Assembly: GCF_009914755.1 (NCBI RefSeq)
Contig: NC_060926.1
Direction: 5' to 3' (one strand)
Length of the DNA: 64,000 nucleotides
Source of the DNA: the human T2T-CHM13v2.0 reference genome, Homo sapiens
The notes beneath the pieces were generated by a model that made no database searches, was not told the origin of the DNA, and worked only from the letters and a program-made list of their open reading frames with translations. A program made the position numbers and the translations under genes. This document shows, piece by piece, positions 1-13,618 of the stretch (positions within the stretch are counted from its first letter, which is position 1; each line of letters starts with the position of its first letter).

Positions 1-162
1 ATGGTATGATGTAATGGACTAGCATAAGTAATTTTGGACTTGAGAACTTGAGCTCCAAAATGGCCAAATAGAGCAGAGATGCTAAAACTGAGTGGCCACC
101 ACACTAGCTGTCTGTAAAGGAAGCAGCTGGTATAATCTAGTAAACACTGATGGTCTTCTTGA

Positions 163-190
163 GGTTTTTGTTTCATGTTGAATCACTGTG
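163..190 (-). other. 12-RSS of IGKV3-15
   Basis: Heptamer CACAGTG (184-190), 12-bp spacer, consensus nonamer ACAAAAACC (163-171). Confidence 0.97.
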
Positions 191-706
191 GGAGGCCAGT
201 TATTATACTGCTGACAGTAATAAACTGCAAAATCTTCAGACTGCAGGCTGCTGATGGTGAGAGTGAACTCTGTCCCAGACCCACTGCCACTGAACCTGGC
301 TGGGATACCAGTGGCCCTGGTGGATGCACCATAGATGAGGAGCCTGGGAGCCTGGCCAGGTTTCTGCTGGTACCAGGCTAAGTTGCTGCTAACACTCTGA
401 CTGGCCCTGCAGGAGAGGGTGGCTCTTTCCCCTGGAGACACAGACAGGGTGGCTGGAGACTGCGTCATCACTATTTCTCCAGTGGTATCTGAAATTGGAA
501 ATAAAACAGAAATGCACTCATGTAATCAAAATCAAACCCACTGTCTTTAAGTAGAGCCAAAATTGTTGATCTACATTGAATTTTAATTATATTTCTTGCT
601 GAGCAGAGGTGGCAGGAGTTTTCACTGATGTGCAAAACCACCTCATATTCCCCTCACCTGGGAGCCAGAGTAGCAGGAGGAAGAGAAGCTGCGCTGGGGC
701 TTCCAT
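191..706 (-). CDS. IGKV3-15: Immunoglobulin kappa variable gene segment 3-15 (leader exon 658-706, intron 489-657, V exon 191-488)
   Basis: Leader [16 protein letters not shown] (49 nt, ATG 704-706), GT/AG intron, 11-nt L-part2, 287-nt V region [35 protein letters not shown]...GASTRAT...CQQYNNWP; gene order matches the proximal cluster. Confidence 0.97.
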
Positions 707-759
707 GGTTCCGTCTGGGTCCTAACTGAGCAGTTCCTCCCCAGAGCTCTGACCCAGGC

Positions 760-840
760 ATTGATATGGGCTCTGGAAGGTAGGGCAGCTGGGAGGGACA
801 TGCAAAGCAGCTGGGGTGGGAGCTGAGCTTTCAGCTGCAA
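760..840 (-). promoter_or_regulatory. IGKV3-15 promoter (variant octamer, E-box)
   Basis: ATGCAAAG at 800-807 (CTTTGCAT on the gene strand); CAGCTG E-box at 832-837; about 95 bp upstream of the ATG. Confidence 0.8.
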
Positions 841-1299
841 AGACCACCTGCTTCTTCCTCTCTGCACTGAGCATCCTGCGCCGCCCTGGTTGTCAGGCCA
901 GAAAAGTCTGTTGGCTCAGTCTGAGTGTAGAACTCCTCCCTTGTGCTCAGAGAATTTCGCTCCTGTGTCTTTCTTCTCCTCAATCACCTAAATCCACCCA
1001 GAAGATGTTTGGCACAAGCCTGTTAAGAACAATATAAAAAGCTGTGTTTTCACTTCTCTCTTCCTATCCTCAATATGCCCAGTCATCTCCCTAAGTGCAT
1101 TATTGGATCGATGGAAATGAAGAGTCTGTTAAAACTTAATCTTCCAGATACACCTTTCATTTGCTTGTTAGTAATGTTTTCTGAGGGTCCTGAAGCTTTC
1201 CATTAACCCAGCCACATACCCTCTTTGAGTTAAAAAGTGAAAAACTTCTGTTTACAGTCACATGTCCTGGCAGCCCTGACATAGATGCTCCATGGCTTG

Positions 1300-1470
1300 C
1301 CGATTGCTTGAAATTGATCAAGTAACTTAACTTCCCTGTGTCTCGGTTTCCATATCTGTGTAACTGTGACAATACTGGTACCTACCTTATAGTGCTGTAG
1401 ACAGTTTAAAGAAAATAAGATAAAACATTTACAATAGTATTCAGGACATTATGTATGCGGCAATTAATTT
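1300..1470 (+). mobile_element. MIR SINE fragment
   Basis: MIR core-like aagtaacttaacttccctgtgtctcggtttccatatctgt...tacctaccttatag. Confidence 0.65.
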
Positions 1471-2781
1471 TGTTTTTATTTATTAAATATTCAGCACTAC
1501 AGTCATCATCATTATCATAAATATACTTACTTAGCACAGAAAAGAGTCTTCAGTCTAATCCAAGAATGTTTTATCCACAGCCAAATTTAATTCTAAGGCT
1601 TTTCCTTCACTAACTCTACACAACTCTTTAAATCCTAATGATTTGGTCTTAATCTGTGCTAAAGTACTCACACCTTCAATCATTCCCACCCATCCCTGTC
1701 TAACTCATTAATTCTCATCATCCATTATCAAAATGTTACTCTATAAAAGGTTCCCATGTCCTGTTGCTGTCCTTCTTTCTTACACAATCTTTATTCTACC
1801 CTGTTATCTTTTGTCTTATTCTTGCCCCAGGACAATAAGGAAAAGCTACCATCATTACCTGTTGACTTGCTCCAGTATAATTTTTTCAGGCTTGTTACCT
1901 TGGAAATGAGGACTATGTCTGGCAAAGAAACATATTCATCGGGTCAATGTGTTATGAAATAAAATATTTTATCTACTTATGATCCAATAATTAATTTAGA
2001 CCTACTTGAACGGTTTTTTTTTAATGAACGAAGAAGAAGATGATATAAGAGGAAAATACAATACAATAGAAAACACAAGCTATTATAACTCTTGCTTCAC
2101 GGATTTCTACATATATATTAGACATATGCTGGGTATATGTGTGCAATGGTGATCCAAAAACTGAACGCTAACTGGCTGAAGGAAAGCCTGTATTACATTG
2201 GGTCTTGTCTATTTTTCCAATTATGAACAGAAAGCTACAGTACTATTTGTATGAGTATCAAACCTTCTAGCTGCTGTGATGGAGGTAGAGAAGATTTACT
2301 GAGACTAAAGCCTTGGAAGTACTAGAAGTTTGTCCTGTGATGTTATGGGTGTTGCTGTGGTTGTTGTTGTTAGGAAATACAGTGGAAGTCAAAGCAAGTA
2401 GAAAATTTACAAGCTCTGCTCTTCCTCATACTCACAACCCCTTCTAGAGATGACAGATAGTGGCATAGGAATCTCTGACACCTCTAAGGAAGTCTTTTTT
2501 GCTCTTTCCGGGATCTTTCCTGACAAGTATTGTTTTGAGTCACAGATGATGTGGAAGTAGGTGTAGAAGAAAGGACTAGAGCAAGGGAAGAAGTTTTCAA
2601 TCCCAGGTAGTTGTTGTAGGCACAGGGAAATGGAATTTTTCATAGATTTATGCTACACTTCTATCATGTTGGGGAGAGAGGCATCAAACCAAGCTTATTC
2701 TTGAAAGAAACATTACATTATTTTAAAGAGAAGGAACTATGCATTTCTTGTCAAATAGATGTTTAAAATTCAAAGCTACAA

Positions 2782-2940
2782 TTTTTTTTTTTGACAGTAT
2801 CTTGCTCTGTCGCCCAGGCTGTAGTGCAGTGGTGCGATCTTGGCTCACGGTAACCTCCATCTCCCTGGTTCAAGTGGTTCTCCTGCCTTAGCCTCCCAAG
2901 TAGATGGGATTACAGGCATGTGCCACCACACCCAGCTAAT
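2782..2940 (-). mobile_element. Alu right arm only
   Basis: Poly-T followed by antisense Alu right monomer, ending at the central linker (cccagctaat). Confidence 0.9.
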
Positions 2941-5387
2941 AACAGGAGGGAGTAAAGGGCCACACAAGCATGTACACAAGAGACAACTTTTCTTCTTTTT
3001 TACAGAATAAGTCTAAATGTAAAATAGCGTTATAATGTATGGACTCATGTTTAAGACAAGTCTCTTGGTTTTCTAATTTGTGTTGAACCCAAGCAGTGTT
3101 GTGATAGAAAATGAGTTTCTTTTTCTTTAAGCTGAATTTGAATTTGCTCCAATAGCCTAATAGACACCCTAGTGGTAAGTCCTCTGTGATGCTCGCCATT
3201 GTCCCCATGTCTAACAAGGATTTCTACTGGACATAGAAGTTTTTCTAAGTCCAACAAGAGGGAAAGAGACTGGGCCATCATTGTTCTCATCTCAGATTTC
3301 CACTTCCTGCATAGAAGGTATACATATAGGTAGCCAGACGTTATGAAAATGGATTGTAAGCATTTGTTAGTGAACAAAATATGACTCAAACAGTATTTTT
3401 ATTTTTTATTTTTAAATTTCTATTGCTTATTATTTGAGACAGACTGTCACTCTGTCACCCAGGCAGGAGTGCAGTGGGTGCAATCTTGGCTCACTGCAAC
3501 ATTCACCTCCTGGGTTCCAGTGATTCTCAAGCCTCAGCCACCCAAGTAGCTGGGATTACAGGTGTGTGTCACTACGTCCAGCTCATTTTTTTTTTTGTAT
3601 TTTTAGTAGAGACAGGGTTGCACTGTGTTGGCCAGGCTGGTCTTCCTGACCTGAAATGATCCGTCCATCTTGGCCTCCAAAAGTGCTGGGATTACAGGCG
3701 TGAGCCACCGCACTGGGATTTAAGCAATATTTTTATTAAGTAAAGTGTAGAAGAAAAAGTGTAAGTAAGGTGACAATAAGAAAACAAAATGCCGTAATGG
3801 AAAACGATAACTTTAGGGCAGAAAACAAGAAAAGGCAAACCAAGATTCCTGTAGGGCAAGCCTCCAATGCACAATCCAAGGAGGAATGTCAAGGGTGAAA
3901 ACTCTGGAGCATCCAGATAGTGGCCCAAAATACCAAATGCTGAAAACCCAGAATACCCAAGTAACAGCCTATGAGTGTCCCCACACCAAATGCCAGGAAA
4001 CCCTGGAGTATCCAGGGGCTGACCAGTGCAGAAAATCCTGGAGCCTCAGTGGGGTGGCCAACAATGAGCCCCAAAGGCCTGGTTGGGGCCATAAAACAAT
4101 GTGACTCTGGCTTCTTAGAGTCAACAGAACAGGAGAATTCTTACATCCAAGTGTCCTGCCTTAAACAATTGCACAAACATAATTAGCAGGGACCCAAAGA
4201 AAAAACTGCAAAGCAAACACATATATCGGGGCAGAAAATAAAATAAAATGGCTGATGGATAAATAAAATGGCATTAGAGGAGAAATGACTAAGAGAAAGA
4301 ACAATGAGGATGTAGTCAGGTGTGCTATGGGGGAATTCAAATGGACTATCTAGCCAAAGGCCTTATTTCCTGGATCATCTATATAGGCAGGTGGATAGAT
4401 GGGACACTTACAGGTGTGCAGGAGCCAAAATGGGGCCAAGCAGTGTCTGACATGGGGCCTGCATGAAGATCTCTCCAGGCTTCCCAGCTCGGATGGGTTG
4501 GGCTCCTATGGGGGAACTGGAGCACGGAGCGGCTGGCCTGCATGAAGCAGTGGCTCTGTGGCCTCTTGCCCATCCCCAGAGCTCCAACACCTGTCAGGAA
4601 AGATGATGGTTCTTAAAACAGCCTTTGGCTAGTGTTAATAGCTCTGCAATGTTAACAACTCAGCATAAAGTCACACAGACACACAGACACTGTAGCTTTG
4701 ATCGCTGTAGCGCTGATCACCGTCTCATCCTCTCTCACTGATCGCTGTCTTGCCACTTCTCCAATAGCTGTCTTGCCCATTGCTGATCACTGTGTCCATC
4801 TTCTCATAAAGTGCCATCTCTTGCTGTCTCTTGCTGTCTTGCTTCTCCGCTGTTTCCACTGTCTTACTGCCACATCAAATGCTGCTTCTCACCATCTCTA
4901 GTGGTGAGTGGCTGGCTCAATATTGATGCAAGGCAAGTCCTCAGCTTTGCTCAGGAAGGAATGTAAGAGTAAGCCAGTAATAGAAGAAAACAGCTTTATT
5001 GATGGGGCAGCAGTGTTACAGCTCTGTGACTACTCCTGCGGAGCAGGGGTAATTCATAGGCAGAGGGCCGAGAGTAGCAGCCAGGGGCATTTTTACAGTC
5101 ACATTTATACCCACTTTTAATCATGTGATAATTAAGGGGTAGGTTGTTCAGAAATAGCTAGAAAATGGGTGGTGTTGCCCCAACTTCCAGGTGTTGCTAT
5201 GGCAGGGGCAGGAATTTCCAGGTGTTGCCATGGCAAGCGCTGTGACTTCTGGATGTTTCTATGGCAATGGTAAACTCTCATGGCACTGGTGGGTATGTCT
5301 TATGGAGAGGTCCTTTCAGAACCCTGTTCCTGTTTTGGCCAGCCTCACATCTGGTCCTGAGCGGAGTCCTGCCTACCTCTTGCCTCA
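2941..5387 (-). mobile_element. Truncated ERV1 (MER4-group, MER66-like) provirus: 5' LTR 4924-5387, leader, gag matrix remnant ~2941-3210
   Basis: ORF 2936-3217 reads LPLGCLLGYWSKFKFSLKKKKLIFYHNTAWVQHKLENQET...[14 protein letters not shown], typical of a gamma-like HERV Gag MA; LTR bounded TG...CA; degenerate PBS-like GAGCCAGCC next to the LTR. Confidence 0.75.
3394..3716 (-). mobile_element. Alu inserted in the ERV leader
   Basis: Full dimeric antisense Alu with T-rich tail. Confidence 0.93.
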
Positions 5388-6099
5388 AAAGTAACAAGAA
5401 ATCTGTAATGAAAATTTACCCAGACAGAAAACTCCAATTTTATATTTGGTAGTTAGTGACATGGTACTTATCAAAGTTACACAAAGATTCAAGTGAATAA
5501 AAAATACTCTCAGAATTATTATAGGAGGTCATAATGTCCTGTAGTCCAAAAATTAATATGCACATAACAAAACAAAGAAATTAAAGGCTGATATCCATTG
5601 TGAATATAAAAATAAATATCTTAAGAAAAAAAGAAAAATGCAATCCCACTGTATATCTGCACATTTAGTGAACACACATTGTAAAAAGTGTTACAGTTTT
5701 TATAAAAACTCTTGATAGGTAATTTTAATTTCTGAAAAATGTATATGAACTATAAGGTATGTTGGATCTCTTCCCCTAACTTAAAAAATATTTCTTCACA
5801 TTTAAATTCTTTACCAATTTTTAATGACTTTTTATTGCTTAGAATTTTAGTTGATATAAATAAGAAATGTGTATTAAAAGCCTACCATTTTGATTTAACC
5901 TATGAAATATATTTAAATTCTTGGAAAAATCCAAAAATACCTAGAAAAGTGAGCTCTTGCCAGAAGATACACAGTTCTTTAGTGTCAGGCTGAGATTATC
6001 TCCCAGAAATAACTTTTGGCTCATATAGCTTCCAGGACACTGCAAGAATAAAAGATGTGAAGACAATGTTACTTAATTGGATTTGCAATTATTCACTAT

Positions 6100-6750
6100 T
6101 CACTGTTAACCAATTTTATTGAAAAAAAAGATTCCAATCAAATACACTGATTTTAAGTGTACTGTTGGGTTTAATAAATAAATACATTCTTGGAAGCAAA
6201 ATCAATACACACAACATTTCTGTAACTCCAAAAAGTTTTGTCCTGCTCTTCAGCAATCAACTTGCTTCCACCTCACAGAACAGACCATCCTTATTCAGCT
6301 TATTGTTAGTATAGATTCCACTATCTTTTTAAGAATTTCACATAAAGGAATATAGCACATGTTCTTTTGTGGCTGGTGACTTTCGTGCAGCATAATTGTT
6401 TCCTAGGCTCATTCATGTCGCCTTGTGTCCTCGTGATGTGTTACTCTTTACTTTTGAGTACTATTTAAATATGTAGTAATTTCACAATGTATCCCATCAC
6501 CTGCTGATGACCATGTGGGTTGTTTCCACTTTGGGCTATTATGGATAAAGCTACCACGAATGGCATTATACAAGGCTTTGCATGAATATTTCTTTATTTC
6601 TTTTAGGCAAATACCTAGGAGTGCAGTTACTGGGTCTTACAGTAAGTGTTTAATACTCTGTCATACTGTTTTCCAAAGTGGTTATACCATTTTACATCTC
6701 AGCCCAGAATTGATGAGAGTTCTCAATGTTTCAGCTACTTGTTTTTAAGA
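6100..6750 (-). mobile_element. Old L1 (L1M-type) 3' fragment
   Basis: Antisense L1 3' motifs (gggttgtttccactttgggctattatg, ttttccaaagtggttataccattttacat). Confidence 0.7.
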
Positions 6751-7391
6751 CTTTTTCTTAATCATCACTCAACAGTGACCAGAATGGCTAATGATCATTA
6801 AGTCATGTTTTCCTTACAATTTCCTTGACTTTTGTGGGTGCTTGACTTGTATCAGGATATTGAAAACAGGATCAATATTGTCTTAACCCCTTTTAAACAC
6901 TTTTTCTAAGTAATGATATTTAGGATGATAACAGGAGATCTAAAGGGAATGTTGGGAGTAGTAACAGGCATTATCCAATATTTATTATCATACTCCTTAA
7001 GACAATACATTTTGAGTGAAATAGCATTCAGCTAGACTAGGGATAAAAAGGTTCTAATCTCAGCTTTAGCATTAAATATTAGGAAACCTCTGAGAAAACA
7101 ATCCAGGAAGACAAATCAGAGGGTGTTTTGCTAGTGGAGAAGTGCTGCAACACCTAAAACCTATTAATGCCAGATTTTTGCAGTGATTTCCACTCATAAA
7201 GTTGGGTTGACTCCTAGCCTTGTTCTCCTATGTGTCTGTGTGACTTTATGCTGAGGGGATGTGACATCACAGAGGGAGAAGTGCACTTGTGTACAGAAAC
7301 ATGGCTTAGGAGATTGGCTTTGGATGTGGCTGCAATGAAATATATATTTTGAAGAAGTCCCCTATGAAATGTCTTATACATTGTTTCTTAT

Positions 7392-7532
7392 GGCAGGGTG
7401 CTCGGGCTCACACCTGTAATCTCAGCACTTTGAGAGACCAAGGAGGAAGGATCACGTAAGGCCAAGAATTTGATACCAGCCTGGGCAACATAGGGAAACC
7501 ACATGTGTACACACACACACACACACACACAC
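7392..7532 (+). mobile_element. Alu monomer (FLAM-like) with (CA)n tail
   Basis: ggcagggtgctcgggctcacacctgtaatctcagcactttg...cagcctgggcaacatag, then a CA repeat at 7508-7532. Confidence 0.8.
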
Positions 7533-7884
7533 AATTTGTGAACAGTGGCATCACGAAGTGATTATTTATGAACAATTGGCTAAGAAAATTACAAAATAAA
7601 GCAATGTCTTCTGAGCTAACAATACTATAATAAAGATGTCAATTATTTAACTGTAGAAAATACAGAGAACATAAAATTGTCTATCTTAACCATATTTAAA
7701 AGTGCAGTGCAGTGGCATTAAGCATATTCACATGTTCTGCTATTATTACCGATACTGTCTCCAGAATTCTTTTCGTCTTATAAAAACTAATATCTATACC
7801 CCTTAAACAATACTCCCCCCGTTTCCTCTATCCTTATCCCTAGCAACCTCCATTCCAGTTCTGCCTCTATGTCAGTGACATCTT

Positions 7885-10000
7885 TGAAGCAGGTTCACTG
7901 TACACTGGTTACCAACGTACCTGAGCGCGAGGAACACAACACCCCCACACAGCAAGTTACATGAAGGGGGTTTATTATTACAGATAAGCAGCAAGGGATC
8001 ACAAAACTCTTGGACTCATTATGGATCTGTCCCCCAAGGCATACGAAAGTTATGTGGAGCTGATAGAGTCGACTGTGTGTACCCCGCTTGCATCACAGCT
8101 CAGGAATCCGGAAAAGCAGACACTCTGGGTTTTATATCCTGGGGTAATGAGACGCACAGGGCTAACGTGCTTAAGGACATTCCATTCTATGAGAAACTGG
8201 AATACAGCACAGGTAGGCTGTTCTGGCCAGTTCCTCTCTATCTCAGGATGTTACAATTCCAGCACATTCTACAATTATTCTTGAGAACTCTTAAAATAAT
8301 CAAGAAAGTGGAGAGAACTAAGTCAGCCCAGGGTCATTGGAGAACTGTCTTGCAGTTACCCCACCACCTAGACATCCCCCTTAGTAAAGCTAGCATATTT
8401 CCTACACCCACCAATGTCCCCCAAACTGAAGGCAGAGGTTTATCTTTTCAGATTGACGAAGCACCTTGATTTACACAATCTCAGTGCAGATTATTAAGCC
8501 ATAGTGAGAGTACATTTCGCTGGTCTAAGGAAGGCTACTACCACTGGCAGGAGGATAAGACCCCCAAAAGCAGTGACCTAGTCTAGGATCCCATGATCAA
8601 GAAATTAAGATGTCAAAGAGGTGAAAGGGGGATCTTTCAGATGCCCCATTGTCTGCAGCCATTGAGCCTGCATCAGGATCACCTCTACTTATATTTCTAG
8701 GATACCTGAGGTGTTTATCCAGGTACAGAAGGCAGTGTTGGGTGTTGGTAATTACATGGAACATCCGTTATGTTCCACGAGAATGTGCCCATTGTCACGC
8801 TGATTGGGCAGTGAGGTTGTTTCTTGGTCAGAGTGAAGTCTCATGGAGTATCCAAAATATGACATAAATTCCTCTCAAGGGTGGCCATGGTAGCCCGAGC
8901 ATCTAATAGAGTGACATATATTTAGCAGTCCAGGAAGCAAGCTATTGCCATAGTCCTTTTCTCCACACAGGGGATCCTTTAGTAGTTCAGTCACTCAGTT
9001 GCTGTTTTCCTGACCAGATGACTGGGTTGTTGAAAGTGGCCCATGATTTAATGGAAATGGAGCAAAATATAGTGTTAGGGGCAGCCTGCATGGCTGCTAT
9101 CATTGTATGTAGTTTGGCCCATTGGGCAGAATGGCCATGTTTAGTGTCAATCAAAAGATGCCATCCCCTGGCTGGATGGTGGCCACACCCAGTGGACCCA
9201 CTGGCATGTGTTTTGTACAATCATCAGGGCCCCATGCCATATTGACATAGGCATGTCTTTGAATCTTTGACTCTATGTGGCCAAAGGAGAAGCTGAATTG
9301 TCCCCTGTGGGTCATTTGTTCCCTTCTTGCAAGCTTGTCATTTGTTTATGGGGCACATGGGTATTGTGGCATCCTGGTTAGGGCTGATTCTTACTGTAAC
9401 ATTTCCATTTAGTAATTTGGATCTGTTGGGCCTGTCCAGTTTTATTGATTGTGTTTGTAGGCACCAAAGTGAGAATCTGTAGTTAAGGTAGCAGTGTCAC
9501 TCCTGGTCCTCTAGCTCTGAGATACTCAGGCCCTATCAGTTTCCTACAGCAAGTAAGGAGTTGCCATTCAAAAGAGGCACAAATGGTGGCTGCTTCAGGA
9601 AACATTTGCCTCCAAAATCTAAGTCTGGTGCACCCAGTGACAATTTTACATTGCCACAGACTCCAGTCAGCATGCCTAGAAATAGTGGACACCTGGATTT
9701 ACATCGAGCAAGCAGGCTCTAAAGGTCTTAAAGAAATGCCTTGGACATGTATTGTTGAATAGATTCGAAGGCTACCGTTGCAAAGGGCTCCATTCAAAGT
9801 TGTCAAATTTGTTCATGCTTTTGACTAAGGTGACCAAAAAAAAAAAAAAAAAAAAAAAAAAAAGACTCAGGGGGACAGTGCAGCTAGGTAAGAATCCAGT
9901 GGCTTTCCCGAGCTTATTTGTCTTGCATTTTTGGTGACATGGATTGTTGTTCATATCGGCTTCCTCTGGCAGGTCCACCTGGAAAGCATTATATTTAGCA
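7885..10000 (-). mobile_element. Ancient class III (ERVL-like, tentatively MER54-group) element: 3' LTR ~7885-8353 plus degenerate pol
   Basis: ORF 8987-9220 carries RNase H-like motifs SAQWAKLH and SWATFNNPVIWSG; LTR and internal part align by eye with 59300-63516. Confidence 0.65.
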
Positions 10001-13000
10001 AGAATAAAGGAGGCTGTGAATGATGTCACTGCGGACTGCGTATATTCCCTGTTGCAAATGTCAAATCCATGAAGCAAAAAGGGATTTACTAGAGGTTATT
10101 AAATTCCTTACAAATTGTTGAAAAGCCTTAAAAAACAGGCTCCAGTCAAAGCCTCTAGAACAATTCCAAGAATCGTACTGCTGGCACAGGTCGGGGGAGC
10201 ATCTCCTGCGCCTGAGACTCCACATTCAAGCTGTCTCTTGCAGCAGAAGAGAGAGCAGCTCTTCTCACTACTGCCCCCAGAAGGACAGCAGCTCTGGTAT
10301 CAACTATCAACTGCTAGAAATCTGACCCCTTTCTCTGACTGCCCATCAGATGTGTTACTACAGAGTCGTTTTGGATTGAGATGAGGGAGGGGAAATGCCT
10401 GATCTCACTCAAATGTGCTCATTTTCCTGGTCTGAGTCACAGCCAGGCAGCACAGTCCTGTGGGCACAATATCTTCACTTGCCAGGTTCCTATAAAATGG
10501 GAGTATCTTTCTTGACTGTGGAAAATATGGAGGCGAGGAGGGTCAAGCAATAGCAAAAGGAGTACTTGGAGTTGCCTGAGCTTCCACTCTGGTTTCCCCA
10601 AATGTTTTCAATCCATTTAATTCATGATAATAAACACCTTTCTGCCTAACCAGCCATAATCGCTTTTCTTAGGTCCAAATGATTCAGTGATAAAACTAAA
10701 GAGAAAAAATAAATACACTTTTCAACGTTGAAGCTGACCAGGTGTCTGTCTCTGGTGTTTACCCCTCCACATCCCACGATGTGTTTCATCTTCCCTTTGC
10801 CTCACTGGAGATCCAAGTGCAAGTAATGCTTCACATGACTGTGATCCCTAGAACTTCATCCTGATGACTGTTGAAATCTTCTCTGAGTTTTACCAGTGGA
10901 AATGGCAATAAATAGAAAGATTCCAGAAGGTCCCCTAGGGTCCATATTTTCTGTACTTCCTCTCTAAAATATGTAAAGTCAATTATGTTTGCTCTTGCTT
11001 TATATGGGCTAGATCTATGGCCCCAGCACACATCTGAACGCCCTGTGTTGACAACTTATCCAGTATTGTATTGAGTCTGAATGGTCACATGCTTATCATA
11101 TCATTTCTTCCAATTTCATGCAATAATTGTCATGTCAACTGTTTGGATTAAGAACCATCAGCCAGAAAACCACAGCCCTGAGAAAATAGAAATAGAGTAT
11201 TTCAAGCTGTTCAGTGGGCATAGCAATGATGAGTCTACAGCTCATTTTCAATATATAAATATTCTGTTTATGAGAGTAACAGTGTTTCAGAGCCTCCACC
11301 ACATCTGACAGCATAACAATGCAATAGCACAAGAGTTTGTGTGCCAGCGTTGCTTGACTAATAATGGGTTTTTCTTTGTCTATAGGGTAAGCTGCACCTG
11401 TGCACATGACAAGATCATGAGCTACACTTTGCTTCACTTTTTTTGAGGTCAATAAACTGCTTGATCCAAAGCCATATTATGGAAGAAATTCCTGACTCTG
11501 ATGAAAACACTTGGAAAATCCTCAAATAATATTTTATGCAGAAACATAACCGAAAAAGAAGGCAAATTCATATATTGCAAATAACCAGTGCCTTCCTCAT
11601 GTTGCATGAGGTCCACTAGAATCACCTGACACCAGCTGTTAGTCTGAGCCCTGATGTGTGGTACAATGTTAAGGGTTCAAGAGGCATCAGTTTTCTTGGC
11701 AAATTAGGTGTTCAGAAGAGCCAATAGCCCTGTACATCTCAGTTAGTTGAAACTCACATTACTGAGTCCCCACAGGGACCTTATTAACATTGGTTCATGA
11801 GGCTACCTGGGGAAGCTGGGAAAGGTGATTGACTGAAGTCCATGTGTTGAATCATCCTGATTATTAAAAGCCCCTGCTTGTTAATGGCATTTCACTTAAT
11901 ATTCACTTGGAAAGCATTTTTTTTATTATGGCTCATTTTTGAAATGTCTGGTCATAGCTTTTGCAGAATGACTTTGTCTGAAATCAGCCTGTTGCATTTA
12001 TTTTAAGACTTGATGATCTGTCAAAACCAACAGCCAATATTTATTAAACTGCTGTTATCTTGCAATGGGATCATCAGATGTAACCATTGCAGTTTACCCA
12101 CGGTTAGGATTTTTACATTTCCAGTGCTTCTTTGACAATGACACTAATGTGACTCTATCCAGCGTGCATTGTTGTGAGAACTCTATTTGGCCTATCATCA
12201 TTGTGGGCATGAACATAATGGAGACTTTCATAGGATGCAATGGTTAATATTCAACATTAGTCAAAATTTGCTCTAGTCCTACCCTCGGAGCTCTACTGGG
12301 TTGGAAAAATATTTTAGGTAAGGACAACCATTTGGTAAAGTTTTAAAAATAAAGGCTACAAATAAATTTTCTGTAGCAAGAGTATTGCATACATAATAGA
12401 ATAAATGTGCTTAAATATGAATACTATATATATTTGTAGCCAACATTTTATCAAACAAATATATATTCACTTCTATGTATCTTATATATATGCACATTTT
12501 TCCATAAATAAGGTAAATTTTAATTTTTTATTGAAATACTAGTTTTAATTCTGTTCTTAATTTTCTCTTAATAACTTCATAAATTGATCACTAAATATTC
12601 ACATTTATACCACCAATTTAAGAAAAAAATACATATGTTTATATACACGTAGAGGTGTAAATACCGTATCAGGAAGCCTTTATGCATAATGATTGGTTAC
12701 TGGTTAAATACACAACTCAGTGACAGAAAACAGTAAACATTTGTTTTCGTGTTCATGGATGCTCACGTTCACAATCCTCTGGCTGACCAAGGAAGGGCTC
12801 TGATGAGTCGTTCCTCTGCAGGGCACTGAGCTCACCTTCAGCCTACAGATATGAATTGTCTGAGGACAAGGCTGAACAGCAGTGACTACACATGACACAA
12901 GATTCTTGTGGCAGGTCACAGGAGTGAACAACATCCCAAATCAAACTGCACAGTTGAATTTAAGTCCAATAATTTCTAACATAGCTTCACACATTTTAAA

Positions 13001-13618
13001 TATATTCCTTTATTTCAGTGAGTACACATTTTCAAGAAAATGTTTACTCCATTTAATTATAGAAGGGTTTGATCATTCCATGAACAAATAATTATGTTTT
13101 CAAACTTTACAATCCTGAAAATATTTGCAAATGTAAATTTGCATTAATAAGAAAATAAAGCTGGATGTGTTTCCAACATGTGGCTTCAAATATAATTTAT
13201 TTAAATGGACTCATTGGGGTAAAAATCATTTTAACTTATGTAAATATCCCTTTTTGCTGTGCTTGTGTCCTATAGAGTTGCCCAATAAGAGTTCCTCCCG
13301 TGAGATTTGGAAATCAGAAAAGGAAGACTCAATATTATCCATTGGTAACTAAGACAGGTACAAGGACAGAGGTGAGGACTGGAGAAACACCTGGAAGGAT
13401 GTTGCAGGAAGCTAAGAGCATCAGCACGCCTACCCCTAAGCTTCCAGACAGGACTGAGGACCACATGGTTAGAAAGCCCTTACTTTAGGGGCGGATGCAT
13501 TCTGTTTTCTGAGGGAGAACCAGAGAATCCTGCCTCTAATATCAACTTTCCTGACTACTGTATCCTTGTCTTTGAAAGGCTGTAGTCTGAACGTTAATCA
13601 TAGGCATTGGTTCATTCT

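Noticed and set aside
82-190. V-exon ORFs extending past the RSS (also 57468-57576) and the leader read-through ORF 57922-58113
   Set aside because: Artefacts of translating unrearranged, unspliced germline DNA; the real coding limits are the splice sites and heptamer
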